32,000 nucleotides of DNA from Planctopirus limnophila DSM 3776 (GCF_000092105.1 NC_014148.1:2610001-2642000); one strand, 5' to 3'; positions 1 to 9,211 are shown, counted from the first letter of the stretch. Notes: generated by a model not told the origin, from the sequence alone. Made by a program: numbers and translations.

Positions 1-873
1 CTGGGTGTTCCTGAATCCGAAAAACGAATCCAAGATGTTCTGACATATTTCGGTGGAACATTCACCGATCGATGGATCCGAAGAATCGATCTGTGCCTCG
101 ATACACTGTATCCAGATCTCTGCCTGACCTTCTGCAAACTCCTTTTAAGTGGATACTATGTTGGATCAACTCGCGACTACGCTCTTTATCGATCCGCGGG
201 CAACACTTCTGGATTTGGAACCACTTCATCCAGTGGCATTCAGATTCGTGTTTATGACAAACTCACAGAGTTATCGAAGAAATCCGAAGCGTATCAACTC
301 GAGATGTATGCCAATCGCTGGGGCGGTGAGATTCCCTCCAGTGCTACGAGGATTGAGTACCAAATCAGAAAGGAATACCTCGCCCTATTCGGCATCAAGA
401 CACTGGACGAAGCCGTCAAACGACTGCCAGACATCATTCGCCGAGTGACTCAGTTTGAACCAAATCCTCACTTTGGATTCACAACTTCGGTTCCTGATCG
501 GGCCAATAATCATCAATCACGTGCCACCATTCACCCTTTGTGGGCGGCCGTTATCCACAAATTTCAACAATTTGCAGGGACTTCCCAAACCCCTCTCAAG
601 CGAGTCGACCGAGGAAATCTCAATAATCGCAGAGCTCATCAAATGATCTCCGGCTTCCTAACAACTTCAGCAGCCAAAAGCGGCTACCCAATCAAGAATC
701 TAAGCGATGCTCAGAATTGGTTGAAGGAACTCTCTGAACGGAACAACTTCACCGATACCGATTGGAAACTCAAAGGCGAAATGAAAGCGAAGTCGGAGAA
801 TCAATCCATGGATTCTCACCGTTACCAGTCAAACTGGGAAGTCGATCGGGAGGATGTCGATGGACCACGATAA
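1..873 (+). CDS. Rolling-circle-type replication initiation protein (Rep_trans / phage CRI gpII-like), 5' end cut by window edge
   Basis: Frame 1 has no stop from base 1 to 873, so the 304..873 track ORF is only the tail of a longer CDS. My translation of 1..303 gives WIRRIDLCLD, GYYVGSTRDYALYRS and IQIRVYDKLTEL, followed by ATRIEYQIRKEY. These resemble the conserved blocks I recall for replication-initiation-factor proteins (RxDxxxD, YxGSR, uYDKxxE, RuE). Sits directly upstream of xis/int. Confidence 0.5.
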   Translation: MGVPESEKRIQDVLTYFGGTFTDRWIRRIDLCLDTLYPDLCLTFCKLLLSGYYVGSTRDYALYRSAGNTSGFGTTSSSGIQIRVYDKLTELSKKSEAYQLEMYANRWGGEIPSSATRIEYQIRKEYLALFGIKTLDEAVKRLPDIIRRVTQFEPNPHFGFTTSVPDRANNHQSRATIHPLWAAVIHKFQQFAGTSQTPLKRVDRGNLNNRRAHQMISGFLTTSAAKSGYPIKNLSDAQNWLKELSERNNFTDTDWKLKGEMKAKSENQSMDSHRYQSNWEVDREDVDGPR

Positions 874-1078
874 TTATTCCAATCTCAAGCTCATCACCGC
901 AGAAGAACTGGCTAATATGCTGGCGATTTCACAGCGGACTCTCAGGAGACTTGTCTCTGAGGGAAAAGTTCTTCCAGCCATTCGTATCGGGAAATCAGTC
1001 CGTTGGATTCTTCGAGATGTTCTCGCCTGGGTGGAGCAGGGCTGCCCCAATCGAAGATCATCCAATCCCATGAAGTGA
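854..1078 (+). CDS. Excisionase / AlpA-type helix-turn-helix DNA-binding protein
   Basis: 74 aa. LITAEELANMLAISQRTLRRLVSEGKVLPAIRIGKSVRWILRDVLAWVEQG is the typical excisionase-family HTH pattern (HTH followed by RW...V..W). Overlaps the Rep stop by 20 nt and ends 7 nt before the integrase start. Confidence 0.7.
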   Translation: MSMDHDNYSNLKLITAEELANMLAISQRTLRRLVSEGKVLPAIRIGKSVRWILRDVLAWVEQGCPNRRSSNPMK

Positions 1079-1085
1079 GTCGAGC

Positions 1086-2489
1086 ATGGCCAGTCTCTTC
1101 AAACCCACATATACCCGAAAGAATCCGAAAACTGGCGAGCGTGAACTCGTCAAATCCAAGAAGTGGTACGGGCAATATCAGGATGCCCATGGGCAGCGTG
1201 TTCGCGTGCCGTTGTCGACCGACAAAGCCGCCGCGAATGCCATGCTCAATGAGCGTGTCAAACGGGTTCAAAGAGGCGAAGCAGGGCTCTGTGACCCATT
1301 TGAAGATTCCCGGCGACTACCGATCATCGAGCACCTCGAAGCCTTCATTCAATCACTCGAAGTGAAGCGTGTTTCCTCGAAACATCTGGAAGTCTCGCGA
1401 GCACGTCTCACCAAGATCTTCACCGAATGCAAATTCCACTCCTGGGATGACCTGAGCCACGGGAAATTCAATCACTGGCTGCTGGAGCTGCGCAAAAGGG
1501 GAGTGTCTGCCCGCACTGGTAACTACTATCTCCAAGTCTTGCGGCAGTTCTGCAACTGGATAAAACGCGATGGCCGCGCCCCTTCCAATCCGTTCGAGTT
1601 CGCCGAACCAGTTCGCGTGCTCGATGGCGAGACAACTCGGCCTCGTCGCTCAGCAACTCCTGGTGAGATCGAGCGACTGATCACAGCCACCCGCACTGGC
1701 AAAGACTTCGGCGTTCCTGCGGAAGATCGTGCGATGCTTTACCTGGTGGCCTATGCGACTGGTTTACGAGCTTCTGAGCTCGCCAGTCTGACTTGCCACA
1801 GCTTCGACCTAGGCAACTCTTCTCCATCTGTCACAGTCGAAGCCGGTTATTCAAAGCGACGACGAAGGGATGTCTTGCCGCTCCCATCGTTCGCCGTTGA
1901 AAAACTCATGGGTTGGCTGGCCGTCAAACGATCTGTGAACCCTGCAATAAAACTTTGGCCTGGGCGATGGCCGAACAAAGCCGCATTGATGCTTTCGCGT
2001 GACCTCGAAGCAGCCGGCATCGACGCTAAAGATTCGCAAGGGGCGGTACTCGACTTCCATTCTCTCCGGCATACGTTCATTACCCAACTGGTCGCCGGTG
2101 GAGTGAAACCGAAGGTGGTGCAGAAATTGGCCCGTCATTCGACAATCCGCCTCACGATGGATCGTTACGCCCACCTGGACAATTCAGAGATTCAGGAAGC
2201 AGTTACCAGTCTTCCAGTTCCTCAATCTCCAGCGACTGCTCGCGCCCAGGAAGACAAATTTCTTGTACCGCCGCTTGTACCAAATCTTGCACAAACACCT
2301 GTCCCAGCCTGTCCTGTGGTGTCCGCGGGTGGCAGTGGAGTGTTGGAAGCACCCCGGAAATGCGAAACGCCTAACTCCTCTGTGAATGAGAAGTTAGGCG
2401 CTGATTGTCCGCCGGTGGCCACGATTGGCCGCAAAAGGCGCCGCCCGGATTCGAACCGGGGATGGTGGATTTGCAATCCACTGCCTTAG
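1086..2489 (+). CDS. Tyrosine recombinase / phage-type integrase
   Basis: 467 aa. Catalytic residues are visible: GLRASELASL (Arg), HSLRHTF (His-x-x-Arg), ARHSTIRLTMDRYAH (His, Tyr nucleophile). N-terminal SAM-like core-binding region (YYLQVLRQFCNWI). The last ~100 aa are a Pro-rich tail. The final 18 codons are antisense to the tRNA-Cys gene, so the functional C-terminus is uncertain. Confidence 0.9.
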   Translation: MASLFKPTYTRKNPKTGERELVKSKKWYGQYQDAHGQRVRVPLSTDKAAANAMLNERVKRVQRGEAGLCDPFEDSRRLPIIEHLEAFIQSLEVKRVSSKHLEVSRARLTKIFTECKFHSWDDLSHGKFNHWLLELRKRGVSARTGNYYLQVLRQFCNWIKRDGRAPSNPFEFAEPVRVLDGETTRPRRSATPGEIERLITATRTGKDFGVPAEDRAMLYLVAYATGLRASELASLTCHSFDLGNSSPSVTVEAGYSKRRRRDVLPLPSFAVEKLMGWLAVKRSVNPAIKLWPGRWPNKAALMLSRDLEAAGIDAKDSQGAVLDFHSLRHTFITQLVAGGVKPKVVQKLARHSTIRLTMDRYAHLDNSEIQEAVTSLPVPQSPATARAQEDKFLVPPLVPNLAQTPVPACPVVSAGGSGVLEAPRKCETPNSSVNEKLGADCPPVATIGRKRRRPDSNRGWWICNPLP

Positions 2490-2507
2490 CCACTTGGCTA
2501 CGGCGCC
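2436..2507 (-). tRNA. tRNA-Cys (anticodon GCA)
   Basis: The reverse complement reads GGCGCCG-TA-GCC-AAGTGGCTAA-GGC-A-GTGGA-TTGCAAA-TCCAC-CATC-CCCGG-TTCGAAT-CCGGG-CGGCGCC-T. It has a perfect 7-bp acceptor stem, 5-bp anticodon and T stems, a TTCGAAT T-loop and anticodon loop TT-GCA-AA. CCA is not encoded. Confidence 0.9.
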
Positions 2508-2894
2508 GTTGTCTGGCAATTACTGGACTCGATCGCTTTGACGCTCTCGATCCTCAATCGACCATGGCAGGATCTGATATCGGAACTCCGTAAGTGATTT
2601 GTTGAGCAAAAGCTGGCAACTTTACCCAACACGCAAAATTTGCGGATTCGTCACATTTCCCACTCCCGAAATGTAGGTTTTCGAGTCCCACGGGTCAAGC
2701 AAGTCAGCCCTTCGCCTTTCGGCAAAGTTGACCGCCTGCCAGAAAAGCGAGAGTGTCGTTTCTTTGGAAACAGGATGCGGGCACTGGAGGTTTCGTCGCC
2801 GCTGGAATAACTTCTGAGTAATGGCGAAATGTCTGGGGCCCTCGATCAGCGATGGCCGGTTCTTGCCATGCTCAGAAATAACCAAGGTGATTTC

Positions 2895-3671
2895 ATGTCG
2901 ACAGCACATGCCACTGCTTCCAGCGAACAGGAATTGATTTCGATTGCCCAGGAGGCGGTCAGTCAATGCAACTGGACCGTGGGGGAATGTGCTGCCCAGT
3001 GGACTGTCAAATTCGCCAAAGGTCGAACTGACGCCGACTTCGCCAATCTGGTTCATTTAAGTCCTGATCAGGTTTATCAGCGTCGTCGCGTCTGGGAAAC
3101 TTTTGGGGATGTCCGTGGTCAGTACCCGCACCTGAAATGGTCTCATTTTTACTCGGCTGTGGCATGGGATGATGCGGCGGAATGCCTGCAATGGGCTGAT
3201 GAAATTCAGGCCACAGTCGCGGAAATGAAAGCCTGGAGAAGGGCCCAAAGGGGTGAAGACCTGAGCCTTCCTGCGGATGATGAACCTTACATGCTGCTGG
3301 CAGGCGAATCTGTGGCTGTCCGCATGCCAATCGATGGAGAAGAGGCACCATTTGATGGCGCTGTCCCTGGCAATGGTTCAGGAGTGCAGACAGATCCAAC
3401 CGCTTCCAGCTTTGCACGAGAAACTGGGGATTATGCACCCTTCAATGCTGGTGCAGTGACAGTTCCTGATAAAGCGAGTTCCCTCGATGAACGTGTGCCG
3501 CCGAGTGCCGAGCAGATTTTCAAACGGTTAACCTCAACCTGCGAGAAATTTTCAGCACTGCTTTCGGATGAGGTGATCAGCGAATTTCAGTACCTCGATG
3601 GAAAGTCTCAACGGAGACTCGTGAAAGCTTTCGAGACATTGATGGAGAAGATGCAACCCATCGCTGGTTGA
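2895..3671 (+). CDS. Hypothetical protein with a YhcG/DUF1016-N-terminal-like (HTH-type) region and an acidic, probably disordered middle
   Basis: The track ORF is 2829..3671. I prefer the ATG at 2895, which is preceded by aaggtga. The pattern W.VGE....W..KFAKGRTDADFANLVHLSPDQVYQRRRVWETF......LKWSHFYSA resembles the N-terminal domain I recall from DUF1016/YhcG and some phage/plasmid DNA-binding proteins. No enzymatic motif seen. Confidence 0.5.
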   Translation: MSTAHATASSEQELISIAQEAVSQCNWTVGECAAQWTVKFAKGRTDADFANLVHLSPDQVYQRRRVWETFGDVRGQYPHLKWSHFYSAVAWDDAAECLQWADEIQATVAEMKAWRRAQRGEDLSLPADDEPYMLLAGESVAVRMPIDGEEAPFDGAVPGNGSGVQTDPTASSFARETGDYAPFNAGAVTVPDKASSLDERVPPSAEQIFKRLTSTCEKFSALLSDEVISEFQYLDGKSQRRLVKAFETLMEKMQPIAG

Positions 3672-3833
3672 GCATCGATTTCTAACAGGCCATTCCATCG
3701 ACAAAAGTTGTATCGCGTTGGATTCAACTCCCTTCCCGGTTTGCGATAGCATTCAAGGGCGACTGTCCTAATAATGAATAGAACTGTCGCTTATCGGCTC
3801 ACAGTCGCATTTGACACTTTGTGATTGATTGAG

Positions 3834-5015
3834 ATGGGCTGCCAAACCCAGAGGATGCCAGCCGTGGCTTTTGATGATGATTTCAGACAACGGTTTTCTC
3901 CTCAGAACGGTACCGGTGTCAGTAACTGGCTGGTGGCTCTGTTGCTCTTTTCTGGTGGCCTGTGGGCGTTAAGTTCTGCTGGAATCTGGCCTTTCAGTCG
4001 CAATTGGGTCAATGCCGTTTCCCGCCCGATCACTCCTCGCGGTGATTTGTCTGACGATGAAAAGACCACCATCGAGATCTTTCGTGAATCTCTTCCCAGT
4101 GTGGTTTACATCAGCAGTCTGACAGTGAATCGAGCCCAGGCGAGTCCCAATCCTGTGCAGATTACGCGTGGTACCGGAAGTGGATTCGTCTGGGATCATC
4201 AGGGGCATGTCGTCACGAATTATCACCTCATCCGCAATGCACAATCTGCTACGGTAATTCTCGCTGATAACTCAGAATGGGATGCGGCACTCGTGGGTTA
4301 TGAACCGGATCGAGATCTGGCGGTCCTGAGGATCAAGGCACCTGCCAGCCGTCTGCGTCCAATTCCTGTGGGAACATCTGATGATCTCCAGGTGGGTCAA
4401 AAGGTTTTCGCGATCGGTAATCCCTTTGGCTTCGATCACACGTTGACGACCGGTGTCATCAGTGGATTGGGCCGCGATGTGCCCGGGGCGACGGGAGAGA
4501 CGATTCGCGGCATGATTCAGACCGATGCAGCCATCAACCCGGGAAATTCAGGTGGGCCACTGCTGGATAGTGCCGGGCGATTGATCGGTGTGAACACAAC
4601 CATTCTCAGCAACTCAGGTGGCTCGGCGGGCATCGGGTTTGCCATACCTGTCGATACAGTGAATGCCTATGTTCCAGAACTGATCAAGCATGGCTGGAAC
4701 GAACGCCCCGAGTTGGGGATCATTTTCATGTACGATACCTTTGCTCGGCGTCTCGGAGTTACCTCGGGTGCACTGGTGAAACATGTCATCGAAAACAGTG
4801 CAGCAGCACGAGCAGGGATTCGCCCAATGTGGAGCGATGAGGATGGCGATCTCATTCTTGGCGACATTATTGTCCAGATGGATGACTTCCCAATCACTGG
4901 AGAAATGGATGTCTTTCGAACTATGGAACGGTTTAAGATCAATCAGGTCATTCAGGTGAAAGTGATTCGAGACGGTGATTTGAAGAGCATCTCCCTCAAA
5001 CTCGATAATCCGTAG
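3834..5015 (+). CDS. HtrA/DegP-family (S1C) serine protease with C-terminal PDZ domain
   Basis: Catalytic triad contexts are present: GHVVTNYHLI (His), DLAVLRI (Asp), GNSGGPLLD (Ser). There is an N-terminal TM/signal anchor (WLVALLLFSGGLWALSSAGIW) and a PDZ-like C-terminus (GDIIVQMDDFPI). The track ORF starts at TTG 3825; the first ATG is at 3834. Confidence 0.9.
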   Translation: MGCQTQRMPAVAFDDDFRQRFSPQNGTGVSNWLVALLLFSGGLWALSSAGIWPFSRNWVNAVSRPITPRGDLSDDEKTTIEIFRESLPSVVYISSLTVNRAQASPNPVQITRGTGSGFVWDHQGHVVTNYHLIRNAQSATVILADNSEWDAALVGYEPDRDLAVLRIKAPASRLRPIPVGTSDDLQVGQKVFAIGNPFGFDHTLTTGVISGLGRDVPGATGETIRGMIQTDAAINPGNSGGPLLDSAGRLIGVNTTILSNSGGSAGIGFAIPVDTVNAYVPELIKHGWNERPELGIIFMYDTFARRLGVTSGALVKHVIENSAAARAGIRPMWSDEDGDLILGDIIVQMDDFPITGEMDVFRTMERFKINQVIQVKVIRDGDLKSISLKLDNP

Positions 5016-5055
5016 ACATAATCTATGGAAAGTCACAAGGTGCAACTGAGCAAAC

Positions 5056-5556
5056 TTAACGGCGCCAGTGCTGAATGAGATCGATGACATCATCGTGCTC
5101 AACAACGTCATTGCACATCAGCAGATCGGCGATATCGCCAATGGCTGTCCAGTGGTGGTCTTCCCTCAAGAATCGATGGAGTCTCGCACATCGATCTTCG
5201 AGAAACTCGATCTGTTTGCGAAGATCGGGCATGAGCCTTTCGGCCATTTGCAGAGCATTTCGCCAGTCGGGCTGCCATTGCGGTACATGCGCGGGGTGAG
5301 TCTCATCTCCGCTGTAGATTGTTTCTGCCATCGGCCCTGCCAAGGCAACTTCGCATAAGATCAGGGGAAAATCGCTGCGCTCCCGGATCGATTTTCGCCA
5401 GGCAATCGTGGTATCACCAAATCGACGTGGACCTTCGTCTTCTTCCGGTTCCAGACTGGCAAGCTTCAATCTTCCGCCATGCAGGATCCCTACAAAGATA
5501 TGACCCGCCTCGTGATAGGCCGTCAACTCCCGCTCGCTATCACTCGACAAAGCCAT
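5056..5556 (-). CDS. Stand-alone FtsH-like (peptidase M41) metalloprotease domain protein, no AAA+ module
   Basis: LTAYHEAGHIFVG matches the FtsH zinc motif (AYHEAGHA). The downstream LAGPMAETIYSG matches the FtsH GGRAAEE..FG block. The protein is only ~166 aa from ATG 5556 (track ORF extends to 5625). Same strand as rny and ~160 nt downstream of it. Confidence 0.6.
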   Translation of the reverse strand: MALSSDSERELTAYHEAGHIFVGILHGGRLKLASLEPEEDEGPRRFGDTTIAWRKSIRERSDFPLILCEVALAGPMAETIYSGDETHPAHVPQWQPDWRNALQMAERLMPDLRKQIEFLEDRCARLHRFLREDHHWTAIGDIADLLMCNDVVEHDDVIDLIQHWRR

Positions 5557-5717
5557 CTTGTGAATCACCCTTGAGTGAATCGCTCCACGAGAGCACATCG
5601 TCCTGGCGAAACCAGAAGCAATCACTGGACAATCGGCGAGCCAGTTCGTCGCACTGATTCGAAGACACAGTCCTACGAAAACCCGTCATTTCGAAAGATA
5701 GTGTTTCCAACCCTGTT

Positions 5718-7259
5718 TTAGCGTGCGTATTCAATGACTCGTGTCTCACGCAGGACAGTGACTTTGACTTCCCCAGGGTAGGTGAGAGATTGTTCAATGG
5801 CTGTTGCCAGATCGCGGCACAAACGGGCCGCTTCGCGATCATTCACATCCTGCGGATTCACAATGACGCGGATTTCCCGGCCCGCCTGAACTGCATAAGC
5901 CTGTTCGACACCTGGAAATCCACAGGCAATCGATTCCAGTTCTTCCAGACGTTTGACGTATCGCTCAAGCGACTCGCGGCGTGCACCAGGTCGAGAAGCC
6001 GAACAGGCATCGGCAGCCGCCACCAGAACTGTGTAGATGTAATCAGGACGAATATCGTCGTGATGGCCGCGTGCGGCATGGATCACCTCGGGACGTTCGC
6101 CATACCGCTTGAGCAATTCGGCACCCACAGCCGGGTGACCACCTTCCATTTCATGGTCGGCGGCCTTTCCAATATCATGCAGGAAGCCGCAGCGGCGGGC
6201 GAGATTGCCGTCCAGCCCCAGTTGCTCTGCCATCATGCCTGTGAGTGCAGAAACTTCAATCGAATGCCGCAGTACGTTCTGGCTGTAGCTGGTACGGAAG
6301 TGAAGTCGCCCCATGAGTGCGAGCAGTTTCTCGTGGAGGTTAGGAATCGTGGCTTCCTGTGCAGCCTCAGCTCCCTGGCGAAGAATATATTCTTCCATTT
6401 CCTTCTGAGTTTCGAGCACGATTTCGTCGATGCGCGTGGGGTGCATGCGACCATCTTGAATCAGTTTAATCAGTGCGAGCTTGGCTGTTTCCCGGCGAAC
6501 ACTGTCAAAAGCTGAAACAACGACCACACCCGGTGTGTCATCAACAATCACATCGACTCCGGTGGCCTTCTCAAAGGCGCGAATATTGCGGCCTTCGCGA
6601 CCAATGATTCGCCCCTTCATTTCATCATTCGGGATGTCAATTGTGGAAACCGTTGATTCGGAAGTATGGGCTGAGGCGTACCTCTGAATGGCCATACCAA
6701 TGATCTCCCGAGCCTGCTTTTCGCTCTGGGCTTTCACTTCGGCCTCGTGTTTCATTACGAGAGCGCCAGTTTCGTTCTTGAGTTCACGTTCGAGCTGATC
6801 CAGGAGCATTCGGACGGCAGATTCGCGATCCAGGCCGCTGATCTTGTAGAGTTGTTCCTGCTCCTGCTTGAGAATTTTTTCGACTTCTCGATCACGAGCT
6901 TCCACCACTTTGGCGCGTTCTGCCAACTTGGTTTGAGTGGTCTCCAGCATTCTTTCTCGCTTGGCGAACTCGTCCTGGCGCTCGCGAATCGTGGCTTCTT
7001 TTTTATCCAAAGCCCGCTCCAGCTGTCGAAGTTCATCTCGCTGTGCTGAAAGCTCACGGTCAAGTTCTTCTCGACGCTTAAGAAGTTCTTCTTTGGCAGA
7101 GAGCTCGGCAGCTTTTCGCAAGTTCTCGGCGTCACGCTCGGCCTGAGCGACGATCTCTGCACGGGTTTTGAACGCAGTACCACGAACAACTCGTTCAGCG
7201 AAGTATCCCGCTGCTGCTCCGAGTAGCAACCCGAGAATGCCTGCAATGACTATTTCCAC
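5718..7259 (-). CDS. rny: Ribonuclease Y
   Basis: N-terminal TM helix ([20 protein letters not shown]) and a long Glu/Lys/Arg coiled coil. KH domain ([33 protein letters not shown]). HD domain (RHSIEVS...GFLHDIGKA...HH.DI). The probable start is GTG at 7259; the track ORF extends to 7358 through non-conserved sequence. Confidence 0.92.
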   Translation of the reverse strand: MEIVIAGILGLLLGAAAGYFAERVVRGTAFKTRAEIVAQAERDAENLRKAAELSAKEELLKRREELDRELSAQRDELRQLERALDKKEATIRERQDEFAKRERMLETTQTKLAERAKVVEARDREVEKILKQEQEQLYKISGLDRESAVRMLLDQLERELKNETGALVMKHEAEVKAQSEKQAREIIGMAIQRYASAHTSESTVSTIDIPNDEMKGRIIGREGRNIRAFEKATGVDVIVDDTPGVVVVSAFDSVRRETAKLALIKLIQDGRMHPTRIDEIVLETQKEMEEYILRQGAEAAQEATIPNLHEKLLALMGRLHFRTSYSQNVLRHSIEVSALTGMMAEQLGLDGNLARRCGFLHDIGKAADHEMEGGHPAVGAELLKRYGERPEVIHAARGHHDDIRPDYIYTVLVAAADACSASRPGARRESLERYVKRLEELESIACGFPGVEQAYAVQAGREIRVIVNPQDVNDREAARLCRDLATAIEQSLTYPGEVKVTVLRETRVIEYAR

Positions 7260-8083
7260 TTGGCAGCCCTTAAATTTTGTCGGCTGACAAATGAATTCTT
7301 GAATGAAAAAGGCGGAGAAACGAATCAGATCTGTCTGAAGGGAACCAAAGACAATCAATCACCACTCATTGGAGCTTCAACAGTCATTGATGATTTTCGA
7401 CGATATAGGAACCAGCTGATCATTTCACAAACACAGTTTTTACAACGAGTTCATCAATCCGATCTGCCTGAGTCGGGAATACCAACTCTTACAATGAGAC
7501 TTCCATAACCGAACAGAAATCTGGAACTGCTTACCAAATCAAACTGTGTGCCTTCTTCAAGCATTCACAACGATGACAGTCAATTTCCAAAATGATCCAT
7601 CTTTTCGGCAGGTTGTTCTCGGCGTAAGTCAGATCTGAGCCATGATTTGCCAGCGGACTTCGAAATAACTGGTAGAAGTGCGTCGAGAAACTGCCATACG
7701 GTGTTCTTCTCAATGAGTGGAGGCTGATCACCTGAAACTGTAACTGGAGTTTCAAATACGATTCCCCACAACACACTCAAATCACGCCAGATATGGCCCC
7801 TTCAATCGTCAAAAATTTTCCGAGATTCGTTTACTGCCCCCACTGCATTCAACAATCCATCTGCAATCGCTTTATCTGGTTGATGACTGCTTGCGAACAC
7901 ACGTTGCAAGCATTTACAAATCAAACACTTACATTGGTTACTGAGGATTTCAGAAAACCACCGTAAGCCTTATAGTAACAGGTCGGCACGACGAATCAAA
8001 TCGCCGTAGCGATCAACAGTTTCAACATTCTCAAGCCCCGTCAGGCTCTTCCCACGTCTGGAGCCGGGCACTGGCGATGCTTA

Positions 8084-9211
8084 ATGAATCCATCCGCCCA
8101 CATGTCTGATGATTCCACCGGCACAGCCGCGCGCCTTGTCGTGGCCGCAATTTGTGACTGGTGGGTAAAGTCTTGTGTCTCTTCAAAACGAGAATCTTCT
8201 CGTCTGGTGATGGCTGTCTCGGGAGGAATCGACAGCCTGGCTTTATTGCACGGATTCCTGTGGGTTTCGCAGCTCGATGAGTGGCGACGGGATCACGGTT
8301 TCCCAGAAAAATCGGACTGGCTGATTGCTCATTTCAATCATCAGGTGAGAGGGAAAGCATCTGACGAGGACGCAGAGTGGGTGAAGCAACTGGCTGTTCA
8401 GGAGCAACTGCATGTACGGATCGGTGATCGGCAGAGCGAAGCGGGGCAGGGGGCTGGTGAAATCGATCATGCTTCGATTTCTGAAGAAGCACTCCGCCGA
8501 TCTCGTTACGACTTCTTGAGACGAGTCGCTGGGGAACATCAGGCAAAATGTATTGTTCTAGCCCATCATGCCGATGACCAAGCCGAAACCGTACTGCATC
8601 ACCTGCTCAGAGGGAGCAGTTTCAGTGGACTGGCAGGTATGCGGAGATCGCAGCCCTTTAAGCCATCGCTGACACTGGAACGACCACTATTGAGCTTGAA
8701 CAAATCAACCCTTCGCCAATTTCTCGTGGAGATCGGACAAGATTGGCGGGAGGACGGCACCAATAACGAAACCGTCTGGACACGAAACGCCTTGAGGCAA
8801 CTGGTGCTTCCTGCGCTGGACGATGCTCTGATCAAAATGGGAATCCAGCGGACATCAGCGCAAAGTCTTCTTCAACTGGCAAAGCACAGCCAGGAAGTGG
8901 AAACGCTTCTGCAGAACCTGGCAGACGAACTCTTAAAGGAGAGTGTGCTTGAAGGCAGCCTGGGGAAATTTCAGGTTGCACCGTGGGGAAAACGACAACC
9001 AATCATCCAGCGAGAAGCGTTTAAGCAGATCTGGATTAGAAATCAGTGGCCAAGAAAAGGTCTGGCAGCCAGACATCTGGAACGCCTCTGTGAGTTTCTG
9101 GGAGAGTACAAGCAACCTTTATCAGGAGACTTTCCGGGGGGGATCCGTATGACACGCCGACGCGATTGGTTTTCTTTGACGCCGATCCATTGGGAAGAAA
9201 CCGCCCGATGA
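8084..9211 (+). CDS. tilS: tRNA(Ile)-lysidine synthetase
   Basis: PP-loop motif VMAVSGGIDSLALLH. Also FNHQVRG, AHHADDQAETVLHHLLRGS and RPLL, in the typical TilS order. Confidence 0.85.
   Translation: MNPSAHMSDDSTGTAARLVVAAICDWWVKSCVSSKRESSRLVMAVSGGIDSLALLHGFLWVSQLDEWRRDHGFPEKSDWLIAHFNHQVRGKASDEDAEWVKQLAVQEQLHVRIGDRQSEAGQGAGEIDHASISEEALRRSRYDFLRRVAGEHQAKCIVLAHHADDQAETVLHHLLRGSSFSGLAGMRRSQPFKPSLTLERPLLSLNKSTLRQFLVEIGQDWREDGTNNETVWTRNALRQLVLPALDDALIKMGIQRTSAQSLLQLAKHSQEVETLLQNLADELLKESVLEGSLGKFQVAPWGKRQPIIQREAFKQIWIRNQWPRKGLAARHLERLCEFLGEYKQPLSGDFPGGIRMTRRRDWFSLTPIHWEETAR

Larger units (their letters stand above)
1..2436. mobile_element. tRNA-Cys-proximal end of an integrated element (Rep-Xis-Int module); the other end lies left of the window
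   Basis: The Rep, Xis and Int genes are contiguous. They lie immediately 3' of a minus-strand tRNA-Cys gene (tRNA 3' end at 2436), which is the classical arrangement for tRNA-targeted integrative elements. Confidence 0.6.

Noticed and set aside
2622-3056. 144-aa minus-strand ORF next to the tRNA
   Set aside because: Overlaps the 5' part of the better-supported plus-strand ORF (2895..3671) and its SD-like site. No motif. Probably spurious, though I cannot fully exclude it.
3007-3438. 143-aa minus-strand ORF
   Set aside because: Antisense to 2895..3671. Its Pro/His/Gln-rich composition is typical of a shadow frame.
4614-5111. 165-aa minus-strand ORF
   Set aside because: Antisense to the PDZ-encoding 3' end of the HtrA-like gene. 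It also overlaps the end of the M41-like gene in a different frame.
5790-6515. 241-aa plus-strand ORF
   Set aside because: Entirely antisense to the well-supported rny gene (KH/HD domains on the minus strand). No recognisable motif. A typical shadow ORF.
6755-7246. 163-aa minus-strand ORF in an alternative frame of rny
   Set aside because: Overlaps the coiled-coil region of RNase Y in another frame. Its Ser/Arg/Lys-rich composition is a frame-shift artefact of the repetitive GAA/AAG-rich sequence.
7531-7780. Two overlapping small minus-strand ORFs (81 and 66 aa) in the rny-tilS spacer
   Set aside because: They are mutually overlapping frames with no recognisable domain and no upstream ribosome-binding-like sequence. 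Kept only as a note inside the intergenic-gap finding.
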